From assembly GCF_902652985.1 (NCBI RefSeq), contig NC_047032.1:5580001-5644000 (forward strand): a DNA stretch of 64,000 bases. The letters run 5' to 3'. Shown in pieces: positions 1 to 9,431 of the stretch (its first letter is position 1; each line of letters opens with the position of its first letter). A program made the translations under genes and the position numbers. The notes under the pieces were generated by a model. It made no database searches. It was not told the origin of the DNA and worked only from the letters and a program-made list of their open reading frames with translations. Source of the DNA: Pecten maximus (taxonomy: Eukaryota).

Positions 1-335
1 TTGAGAGGGACAATGTGGGTTCAACCTCGACAAACCTTTCAAAACTAAGTTCAGTTCATATTGTCTAATGTCATACTTTAAGTTTAGCAACATGTGAAGA
101 GTTTTGACTCCCGCTATATAGTTGCGAATAGAATCGACACTGATGAAAGTCCGACTTAAAAACTGAGCGTAAAGGCATATAATCTCCGTGCTTACCGGCA
201 ACGGCTGTTTCCGGAACGCTTCGCAAAACAGAAAATAAGCTTTCCATTGTGTACGGAAATTTCTATAAGTACCCTCAGCGAAGGCTGCTCTAGCGGACAC
301 CTTGAGATCTTTCCTAAGCTGTGACCAGGCAGTGT
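1..335 (-). CDS. Tyrosine recombinase, N-terminal core-binding region (partial; not in the ORF track)
   Basis: Manual translation DTAWSQLRKDLKVSARAAFAEGTYRNFRTQWKAYFLFCEAFRKQPLPVSTEIICLYAQFLSRTFISVDSIRNYIAGVKTLHMLL...LVLKGLSRLNP resembles DIRS/Ngaro YR N-termini. The frame is open from 477 to 1 with no ATG before the domain. Acceptor-like TTTCATCCTTCCAG ends at 336. Confidence 0.85.
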
Positions 336-520
336 CTGGAAGGATGAAACAGGAGTCATAAAGCCTGATATCGCTAAAATTTACCTTATAAACTAGGAAA
401 AGATACACTGCTATGTATATAGTGTCAACATATGTACAAAACTGAAGAAAAAGGTAAACCACCAAGAGAGGGATACATCACTATATATATACCCTGTCTC
501 AACTACTATGTATAGATAAT

Positions 521-2383
521 CTACCAAGAGTGGGAGAAGGAGAACATGCTAGAGGGTACTACCTCCTCTACCAGGTCAACTTCCTTGGTCAAACGGATGA
601 ACTCCTGCTGGTGTATAACATCTAAATGCCACCTGGATAAATGGTCTGGTAGTCGATTTTGAATTCCAGAGATGTGTTGCGCCCTGATCTCAAATTCAAA
701 ACTAGCAGCAAAGTAACATATCTCTCTGAGACAGCTCTGCATAAATTGAATTCTGGACCTACCTGAGTTGAGGACCGATACTGTGGCTTCGTTGTCACAT
801 AGTATGACAATTCTCTTACCTTTAAAGGCACTGGCCCAGAGTTTTATACTCACCATAACTGTTAACAACTCTAGGATGTTTATACATGGGGACAGTTGAA
901 GGATGGTGTCTGGGAACTCTGTATGAAAGTATCTACCCATGAAGTAGCCTCCCCCGCCTGTGAGACAAGCATCTGAGGCAAACTCAGTGTCTGGAGTGGA
1001 CCATTGTTCCAGAAACATAATGGACACACCGTTATACTGTGCCAGAAAAATGTGCCACCACAATATGTCCTTTCTCACCTCTTCTGAAATACTCCAGGAA
1101 CGATGACTGTCCTGACCAATCGACCGGAGCCAGTTCAATATACGGCTAACAAAAAGTCGACCTGGACGAACACAGGCAGCGACAAACTGTAATTTTCCCA
1201 GCAGGGATTGAATCTCCTTTAAGGAAGCCCTTTCCTTTTTCAACCATTCGCAGGTTAAGATTCCTATTTCCTGCAACCTAAAATCAGGGACCTCTAAGAC
1301 CATCCTGACTGTGTCAAACAAGACACCCAAAAAAACCATACGAGTGGCAGGAGGCTCTGCCTTCTTCTCCGATTCGATAAAGCCACAATCAGAGAGAAGG
1401 GAACCAAGTCTCCAGAAAGCCAAATCTGCCATGTCCGGGCACTCAGCCCCTGCAAAATCATCTAGATAATTGAGGACCAGAAAACCGTCCTGCAGCATTA
1501 AGAACGAAATCAGACTTGTGACTCTTTGACAAATGTACGCTGCCGAACGCAAACCCATAGATAAGACCCGATCAAAATACATCTTACCTTCCCAAGAGAA
1601 ACCTAAAAAACGAATATCTCCCGGGTCGATGGGAATTTGTCTGTAAGCCTTCCTAAGGTCTCTCTTGAAAAGACAACAACCCCTCCCTTTCTCCTTGATA
1701 ATCTCTACCAGGTCATCTACCCTGGGGTATGACAATGAGATGGGGTCCCCTAAATATGAAGTCTTGGGGATACAACTATTTACTGACTTAGAGTCCGGAA
1801 AGCTCAAATCCAAAATTATGCGTCTTTCCTCAGAATCCCTCTTTGGAACTGAGTTTAAGGGGGAAATCACCATGGGTAAGGAAAACGGATTTTCCTCAAA
1901 TGGACCTAACACCGACTCATTTGCCAACTCAATACGTAAATACTCACTTATTTCCTGAGGAAAGTCTGTAGCTCCTTTGTGATTTCTGTACTTGATAGAA
2001 GAACTTACCTCTGAAGTAGCCTCCTGGCGATGAATTAAGAGGTGGTTGTCTAACCCTATGGGAAAACCAAACTCTAAAAATTTTAAAACCTCTAGATCCG
2101 AGTACAACTCTAACCTGTCTTTCATATATCTGATGTTAAAATTTGACTTAACAGGGGTCCTTTGGGTATTAAAATTAAAGCAGGATTGAACCTGTAAATT
2201 TCTAACAGTTTCTTCGGGTACCTCAGAAACTATATCATCTACAGCGTCTATAGGTATATGTCTATAATCAATATCTTGGCCACCCGATACAAACAAATTA
2301 CCTCCAAATTCAAAAGGCACATACTCGGGTTCTATAATTGAGGTGTCTGGATCTATCTCAATACCTACAGACGGGACGGTTAG
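521..2383 (-). CDS. Reverse transcriptase + RNase H (pol); frame open up to the gag stop codon
   Basis: RT motifs SPLNSVPK, RIILDLS, KRDLRKAYRQI, LSMGLRSA, YLDDF, FLGV. RNase H motifs ASDAC, INILEL, CDN, NRLPDHLSR. The 21 codons at 2383-2321, upstream of the GTG used in the ORF track, are also open. Confidence 0.95.
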   Translation of the reverse strand, partial: LTVPSVGIEIDPDTSIIEPEYVPFEFGGNLFVSGGQDIDYRHIPIDAVDDIVSEVPEETVRNLQVQSCFNFNTQRTPVKSNFNIRYMKDRLELYSDLEVLKFLEFGFPIGLDNHLLIHRQEATSEVSSSIKYRNHKGATDFPQEISEYLRIELANESVLGPFEENPFSLPMVISPLNSVPKRDSEERRIILDLSFPDSKSVNSCIPKTSYLGDPISLSYPRVDDLVEIIKEKGRGCCLFKRDLRKAYRQIPIDPGDIRFLGFSWEGKMYFDRVLSMGLRSAAYICQRVTSLISFLMLQDGFLVLNYLDDFAGAECPDMADLAFWRLGSLLSDCGFIESEKKAEPPATRMVFLGVLFDTVRMVLEVPDFRLQEIGILTCEWLKKERASLKEIQSLLGKLQFVAACVRPGRLFVSRILNWLRSIGQDSHRSWSISEEVRKDILWWHIFLAQYNGVSIMFLEQWSTPDTEFASDACLTGGGGYFMGRYFHTEFPDTILQLSPCINILELLTVMVSIKLWASAFKGKRIVILCDNEATVSVLNSGRSRIQFMQSCLREICYFAASFEFEIRAQHISGIQNRLPDHLSRWHLDVIHQQEFIRLTKEVDLVEEVVPSSMFSFSHSW

Positions 2384-3592
2384 TCACAAGGCATTTGGAC
2401 ATGTCTCTGCTGATTCAGGATGTTGTCTTTTTACCCCATCTTTTTTCCAACATGTGGCACAGATATGTAGCAAATGCCTTTTGACACCCCGTATGTCGCC
2501 ATCATGATCCCCTCTTTCGCTACAACGATTTTTCTGAAACATTACACAAAACCAAACTCTCCCAGAGTCCGACTGAATCGGACCACTATTTCTGGGTTTC
2601 TCATTTTTTTGCATCAACACATGTTTCGCCAAAATTGGGACTTCAATACTTGAGGGATCATCTGACCATGATCTCTCACCCAACTCTATCTTGCGAAGCC
2701 ATGCCGCATACCATGCAAGCAAGGCTTTCCATTCATAAATATTGCTATAATACACAATTTTCTGAAGGAATACTGTCCTTCCTTCCTTCTCTGAAGCAGA
2801 GCTCGTCTTGGAAATTATCTCAAGCTCTCCCGCCACAAATAATTTAAAGGTGAGATCTTGAAACTGGGGATTCTTACTTACATATTCGTATTGAAGAAAG
2901 TGGTGGGGATAAGCTTGAGGGAATTTCACGACGTCTCCAGCTTTAGCTTTCAAACCAGATCTGAGTTTTTCACCCTTACGTGCTCGTTTAAAGCTATTGT
3001 AGGAAGCCGATGAGGCGACTGATAGAGTGTCGGAGTCAGTATCACTACCGGAAAATTCCGGCAACACCCTGGACATCTTCTTGCTCGATCTGCTGACCAG
3101 CTGGTCCATTTTTCTCAGTTTAATCAAGTCTATGTCGTTAGGCATACCTGAACCAAGGCCAGTCGCTGCTGATTGAGGCTGATCCTGCTGGATGTCATCT
3201 AACTGCCTCTGAAGATCATCCCGCTTCTTCCTTCTGTCCTTTAATGCACTGTTCAATCTGGCCGACTCCAGTTTATTCTCTAACAGCGCGATCTCCCGGT
3301 CTGCCTCCTCAAGGCGCTTGTCCACATCACTAACCAAAGGAGACTCGATGCAAACGTTCTCTAGACTGCGATAAGCCCGGGGCGTGACAGATTTACCCCC
3401 TTCAGCCATTCCTGCACACGAAGCGAAAAATAGGTCCTCTTGATTTGCAATGTTTATAGACAGTTCTTGAGGGTTCGTTTCAGATATATCGGACACACTA
3501 CTGTTCCAATTCCCTTCGTGTAAGGATCGATAATCAATTCGGGATTTGGTTCTACGATTTCTCTGCATGACCCAATCAAGTTCATTCACCAT
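2384..3592 (-). CDS. Gag-like ORF1 of the retrotransposon (402 aa)
   Basis: Lies upstream of pol. Has a coiled-coil-like segment and a C-terminal Cys/His cluster (CVMFQKNRC...H...HICATC...H...C) typical of DIRS/Ngaro ORF1. Confidence 0.85.
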   Translation of the reverse strand: MVNELDWVMQRNRRTKSRIDYRSLHEGNWNSSVSDISETNPQELSINIANQEDLFFASCAGMAEGGKSVTPRAYRSLENVCIESPLVSDVDKRLEEADREIALLENKLESARLNSALKDRRKKRDDLQRQLDDIQQDQPQSAATGLGSGMPNDIDLIKLRKMDQLVSRSSKKMSRVLPEFSGSDTDSDTLSVASSASYNSFKRARKGEKLRSGLKAKAGDVVKFPQAYPHHFLQYEYVSKNPQFQDLTFKLFVAGELEIISKTSSASEKEGRTVFLQKIVYYSNIYEWKALLAWYAAWLRKIELGERSWSDDPSSIEVPILAKHVLMQKNEKPRNSGPIQSDSGRVWFCVMFQKNRCSERGDHDGDIRGVKRHLLHICATCWKKDGVKRQHPESAETCPNAL

Positions 3593-4070
3593 TCACCGGC
3601 CATATTAACAAGTGCGTAAATCGATGTTCCCAACACAAATCGGATCGTTGGACTCGTAGCTCGGAGTTCCCAACACAATGGGAAATAAATCGAGAGTTCG
3701 TAATTATACAGCTTAATCAGGTTTCGTGTCGAAGAATTGATTCTCCTGATCTTCTGTTACTCGAATATGCTCGTGATTGATACCATCGTAATGAAAGTTC
3801 GGTCGTATGTGCCCGACTTAGGCTCCGAACTTCCGACTTGACGTGACAAAAAACAAAGTTGACACGCAAGCCAAAGTATCTCGAATGAATAAAACTTCTG
3901 TGATTCAAACCTAAACCGGGACCTAGGGGACCCTGGGTAAATCGGGGATTGGACGGAGGCCGTGAGTACCAGCTTACTTCACTGACCAATCATTGGACCC
4001 ACAGGGACACACCCCTCACAGGCCCAGGCAAACGGGAAAACAATTAGCCATTTTACATTAAAATTTTACA

Positions 4071-4230
4071 ACACTGACATCAGTCAGGGATCCGGACAGG
4101 ACCCTCAAACACTGACATCAGTCAGGGATCCGGACAGAACCCTCAAACATTGACATCAGTAAGGGATCCGGACAGGGGACTCAAACACTGATATCAGTCA
4201 GGGTCCGGACAAGAGACTCAAACACTGACA
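4071..4230. repeat. 38-bp tandem repeat x~4 at the presumed 5' end of the retrotransposon
   Basis: Unit ACACTGACATCAGTCAGGGATCCGGACAGGACCCTCAA, copies starting at 4071, 4109, 4147 and 4185. Confidence 0.9.
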
Positions 4231-4479
4231 CCAAAAAGCTGCGGACATCATATCATGCTCAATCACATCAGATTTGGGGCCATGAGTACTGATATATTTC
4301 GGTCAAGGACTTACAAGTTGATTTGATCACATTTGAACAGAGATGTATATGTAAATATTAAGTATATAAATATATGATTAAATCTTAGCAAATCTGATAT
4401 AACATAAACCCCCAAAATGCACAAATTGCCTTAATAATCACATAATCAACATCTTTGCAGAATTCCTCTTTCATAACAA

Positions 4480-4730
4480 GCGCCATTTTCTTTCCAATGC
4501 CGTAAGTGAAACGTTTGTATGTCGCAAAATCTTACCTGCACAAGCCTTATTATTCCCTTTATTTCAATTCTATGCAAATACTTTTTATTTCTGTTCAAAA
4601 CATGTTTAAGAAATAACAAGTACATCAGAAAGTCTTTTATTAATGAATATTTTGTTTATTGTTTCGTCGTAAACAAAAAATAACTACCGGAAGTAAACAA
4701 TTTTTGACAGAGAACGGGCTTGATTGGTAA
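4480..4730. promoter_or_regulatory. Candidate, possibly bidirectional, promoter upstream of the pinocchio-like gene
   Basis: ETS-type CCGGAAGT at ~4687-4694 (+). YY1-type AAAATGGCG at ~4481-4489 (-). Minus-strand donor CAG|GTAAGA at 4536/4535. The acceptor at 5401-5402 implies an upstream non-coding exon. Confidence 0.4.
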
Positions 4731-5114
4731 CATTTTTATATTATCACTGTTTTATATCATTTTATTCACGCGTACGACTAAGATTAAGACCTTTATGCAC
4801 AAAATGCACGTTTAAATGTTCCAAAATAACCCTTTATTGTTTTAAGGGACAGCAAAAAATATAGCAAGTGTCTATCTACTAATTGAATGACAATATTGGT
4901 ACTAAATGTCATTTTAAATTTCAATATTAAAAATTGCTGAAACGGGCTAAATGTAGCCCTAAATTGATGTTTCATCATTGCTAGAAATACGTTTTCTATT
5001 TCAAATACGTACCCAATAGATGCGATAACGGTAGGGTGTAACTCTTAAGACTTTGATCATGATCTGTTAAACTGTAACGGCTAATACAGTTGTAATAATT
5101 ATAGTCTGTTGGGC

Positions 5115-5234
5115 CACAGGGGCATGTCTAGTTTTATATTACAAAAAAATTGTCAGAAATACCTATATATATGTCAATATATATAGGTATTTCTGACAAT
5201 TTTTTTGTAATATAAAACTAGACATGCCCCTGTG
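5115..5234. mobile_element. 120-bp foldback MITE with 7-bp TSD (P/Galileo-like termini)
   Basis: Near-perfect palindrome CACAGGGGCATGTCTAG...CTAGACATGCCCCTGTG, flanked by GTTGGGC at 5108-5114 and 5235-5241. Confidence 0.85.
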
Positions 5235-5413
5235 GTTGGGCCCTAAATCAATATGATAATAATCAAGAACCTGTTAAACCTATCCATCTATCTGACTGTT
5301 TTTGATTTCATTTAAGAGTTTGAAAAATATTCATTTTCAAAAGCAGATCACAAGCACACTGCCTGCCTTAATAGTTTCATCCCAGATCTTTTAATTTTCT
5401 AGCCAAGTTCAAT

Positions 5414-7452
5414 ATGGATGGTGATTGGCAAAGTAACGATGGGGATGAGGGATTTGATGACGGTGATGAGGCTGAGGAAGAAAATGTCCCAATGGATATT
5501 AACTTGGCTACAGAAGGAGAAGGTATATGTTCTATCAGTTGCAGTAGGGAATGTGTGTTAGAGAATTTGAGGTTATATTATTATTATATAACGGAACTGG
5601 ACTGGGTCGATCATAGGCGACCAGGTAGCTCTTTGGTAGAGTGTCAGTCTAGAATTTGGAGGGTCCCGGGTTCGAACCCTGGTCTTGCTTCTACATTTTC
5701 TCCTCCTGTTACAGTTATAACAGTAAAATATTGAATTTATATCCAAAAATTTCACAATTAAAATGTTTTCAAAATTTAATATTTAAAATAAATATGTAAT
5801 AAATATTGGTAAAATCAGCACATGTGTTTTAGAAATAAAGTGTTGAGGTAATTTATGTACCAGACCACAGTATACCAGTTGTGTTGTTACAGAGTAGAAA
5901 ATTTGAAATAAATTTCAGTCTTTTTTATGACTTTAAAATGTTCTGAAAAACAAAAATGTTTAACTGATCAAATCTAATAATCATTGAAATGTAACATAAT
6001 TCTTAACCTGTATTTGCCAGATGAGCTTTTGAATGGTCCTCGAGCAAGTGTGTTTTACATGGTGCCACAGTCTGAGGATAAAGGCAAAGACTTTACCAAG
6101 ACTGAAGTAGAGGAAATGATGAAGTCTGAGGAGTACCAAAAGAAAATTGATACTTGTCATTTGTAAGTAGACTAGTTTGTTGAATATCAAACGTTTACTA
6201 GTACTCCTACCCCAACTATCAGGGGTATACTTTGGTTCCAGATTACTGCCAACTGCCAATTTCCCATTTTCTTGACATTTTGCCATTTTGGCTGTCATTA
6301 AAATGTTCAGACAATATATTGACACTACAGTAATAATTAAATTGTAATAAAAATAAAAGTTCTAAATGTATCGGTATGTGTAGTAATGTACTTACACTGA
6401 TGGTCAGTGTTGTTTATTTGTAGATGTGGTCAATGCTGGTATGAAGGCAAGTATAGCGAGGACTGTCCCGAGTGTGATGGACATCACATGACCCGCCCAT
6501 GTGCGATCTGTGGAGGAGAATGTAACCAGGTCTGGAAACGTGATGTCAAGATTGTAAGTCTTATGATAGATTCATTATAGTTGATTAGAGGAAGGATACC
6601 AAGGCTTCATAACCATGGCCTTCCTTATTTAGAGGGAATTAATACATTATAAAGGGAAAAAATCAACAATTTGAAAGATAAACGCCACAGATGATGTTGG
6701 TGATGGTGGTGATGTTGATGATAATGGTGATGGTGATGATGTATGAAATGATATTATTGATTTACGAGGGTAAAGTATTATAACAGAATTAGGCAATAAT
6801 TCGACAATGTAAATTGTACATGAAAATAAAAATAAAAAATAAATTATCAAAAAGAAAGAAACAATAATTATGGTTTTGATTGAAGTTCATGCAGCTAGAG
6901 TGTTTTCATGCCACCAGCACAGGAAGTGGGTCAGATGCTTTAAATGTAACCCATTGTCTGTCAGTTTAGTAAGTCACTCATCAATATAATGATGAAACAT
7001 GATGTATGCTGTATACTAAAATTGGGTTATTGTTTTAGTTTTTTCCCCAGACTTGACATGCTTTGTTCTGTGGCTAGCGTTTTTCATTTTGATAGCCCGA
7101 TTTCCATCAACGCAGGAGCAGGGACATAAATATTTCACAAACTGCAACATATTCTTGTCTTTTGACTCAACATTTTCTTCCTTTTTAATCTTCAAAATAT
7201 GATTTACTGCTAATTCACCTGTTCCTGTTTATTTTTGTACTAAGAGTATTGTTTTCACATTTGATTTACAGCTGATTTCTCCATGTAATAATTAACATAA
7301 CTGCGATATTTACATTTCAGTCACATTCCTTCCATAAGGCTCACTGGGACGGAAAGTGCTTGCTTCCCACAGAGGCTCAGAATGCATACAGGAAACGAAA
7401 TACCACCTCAAAGTCACTGACGGAAGGCATGCAAGACTTGTCGACGAGATAG
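5414..7452 (+). CDS. Pino: Pinocchio-like Cys-rich protein, 170 aa; exons 5414-5522, 6021-6162, 6424-6553, 7321-7452
   Basis: GT-AG introns with compatible phases 1, 2 and 0. The spliced product contains TCHLCGQCWYEGKYSEDCPECDGHHMTRPCAICGGECNQVWKRDVKISHSFHKAHWDGKC, matching the CxxC-W/DCxEC/RPCxxCxGxC/WxRD/SH/AxWxGxC pattern I recall for Drosophila pinocchio (smi21F). Acidic N-terminus. Confidence 0.85.
5585..5712 (+). mobile_element. tRNA-derived SINE-like/pseudo-tRNA repeat in pinocchio intron
   Basis: A box TAGCTCTTTGGTAGAG and B box/T-arm CCGGGTTCGAACCCTGG. Acceptor and anticodon stems are mismatched. Ends in TGTTACA. Confidence 0.65.
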
Positions 7453-9431
7453 CACAGTGGCGCCCTCTGTAGGAGATAACCAGAGGTTTTCTGTATCTGG
7501 AGATGAATGATAAACAACCCTTTGGTCTCTACATCACAGAGGATGGTCACATGACCCTGAATAATGTACTGTACTTATATTGATTGAGTGCAATCAAAAT
7601 CTTGTATGCTTTATGTTAATACCAGATAATATATTTGCGCAGACATAACGTAGCATATCATGACATTATTAATATTTTTTTTTTATATTAAATTTAAGGA
7701 AACCTTTTTGTTGGCTATGTCTGTCTTAACAGTTGTGTTTTCATACCATATTAAATCTAGCTATGGTATTATCAATAGCCTTATTTCCACAAATCTGCTT
7801 GTTCCAATATAAAACAGGAGTGGAGTCTGGACACATATCTATTTATTCAGGGCAGAACAAAATTTTTAATATTTAATATGAAATCATAGATCTGGCTAAT
7901 AGAAATATTTCCCCTCTGCAATCAGTGTTTATGAGGACATACTGATTTTTTCTTTACAAAAATATCTTGTTAGCCTGAAAATGCTGGAAAAGGATTGGGC
8001 TGCATGTGACCGGTGTTATTCTGTGCAGTTTACAATGCATGGGCATTTTTTTCTTTCTTTCTTTTTTAAAGAAATGTACAGATATGGCATTATATTTGAA
8101 TTCACAGTTCATGTGTTACAGTTGCTTGATATTGTAATGCAATTTTCATATGACAATTATAAGCAATATAAATGCCAAAGTATCTTTAGTTTTTGTAATG
8201 TTTGATTTTCTTGTACACATTATGAATTTGCATGGGAATATGTGTCAGTATTTCTAATTAGTAAATTGCCTTTTCAAGCTGTTCAGTATATAAATATAGC
8301 TTTGTTGGCTGATATTCAATAACCAACGAGGTGATTAAAATCATCTATCTGTGACCCTGGGAATAAACCTTATGTGATACTTGAATATAAAACTATAGCC
8401 TCATACTTAAAATCTGATTCATAAACTCATTTAGACAACCAAAAAATTAATTGTTATCTGAGAAATGACATTGTAAATACATTACTTGTAAATTTTCTTT
8501 GCATGACATACACTTGTAGATTTATCAGCATGGCAGATTTTGTATACATTTTGCCAATGCTTTCCTATTGGAATTAATGTAATTGTACATGTATTATTGA
8601 GCTATTACTGTAATCAGTAATGACGCACAAATCCTTCCATTTAATGGGAAACTCTTGTTGATAATGTAAAGCACTTCAATTTTTACATAAAGGATGTTAT
8701 ATTGGAGGGGTTGTATTTTTTTCAGTTTTCAAGAATAGAACAAAATAGAAAAAATGTATTTGAAAGAAAATTAAAAAAAAATCTTTTTCACAAGTTTCAG
8801 AAAAACACATCATTATATCATTATTTATGTAAATCATACTACCTAAGTTATCAACTCAGTAAAATATTATACAATGTATGTACTTAGGTTAAAATGAATA
8901 GATATTTATGATATTATCAAAAACACTAAGAAAGAACTAATTTTATGGTGGCCTAGCATGAAATAGTTCAGGTTATCTCCCTTGACAAAACTGCAATTTT
9001 AATTAGTGGTTTACTGCCTACATGACTCCATCTATTGCTAGGTTTCCACTAAGTGATTACCACTGGTGTCCTATTGGTGCGCTGCTGGATTTATCGTGTG
9101 GCTCTGTTATATATAAAACATGGACAGTGATGCAATAAGGTGGTGCCACCTAGTGTACAAAAAATCAATTAGTTTAGGTTATCTCCCTTGATTTAAGTAG
9201 AACTGAAGTATTGATTATGCTGCATACTTACATGTTACAGAGATATTTGATGTAAACATATTCTTTTCAACACTAGAAGTATATATGGAAGTTTAAGATT
9301 TGAATGGTTTGTTTTTGATGGCAGTGTGTTTTATTTCTGTTTGAGTCTGGCAGTTTGTATCACTGAATCAGAGCTATGTAATTCATTGTCTCTCATCAAC
9401 ATATCATTGCAAGAGAAACTAGAGTACTAGT

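Larger units (their letters stand above)
1..4230 (-). mobile_element. Ngaro/DIRS-type tyrosine-recombinase retrotransposon, 3' part beyond the left edge; 5' boundary approximate
   Basis: Order gag, RT/RNaseH, YR on the minus strand. No DDE integrase or protease seen. Pol ends right after RNase H with no methyltransferase-like domain, which favours Ngaro over DIRS/PAT. Confidence 0.9.

Noticed and set aside
2384-2386. Selenocysteine recoding of the gag UGA
   Set aside because: No SECIS recognised (the element's 3' end is outside the window) and no redox-motif context; read-through or splicing is simpler.
5619-5690. Functional tRNA gene
   Set aside because: Acceptor and anticodon stems are mismatched; better explained as a tRNA-derived repeat.
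5414-5734. 106-aa single-exon ORF
   Set aside because: Only 5414-5522 is exon; the rest reads through the donor into intron and the SINE-like element.
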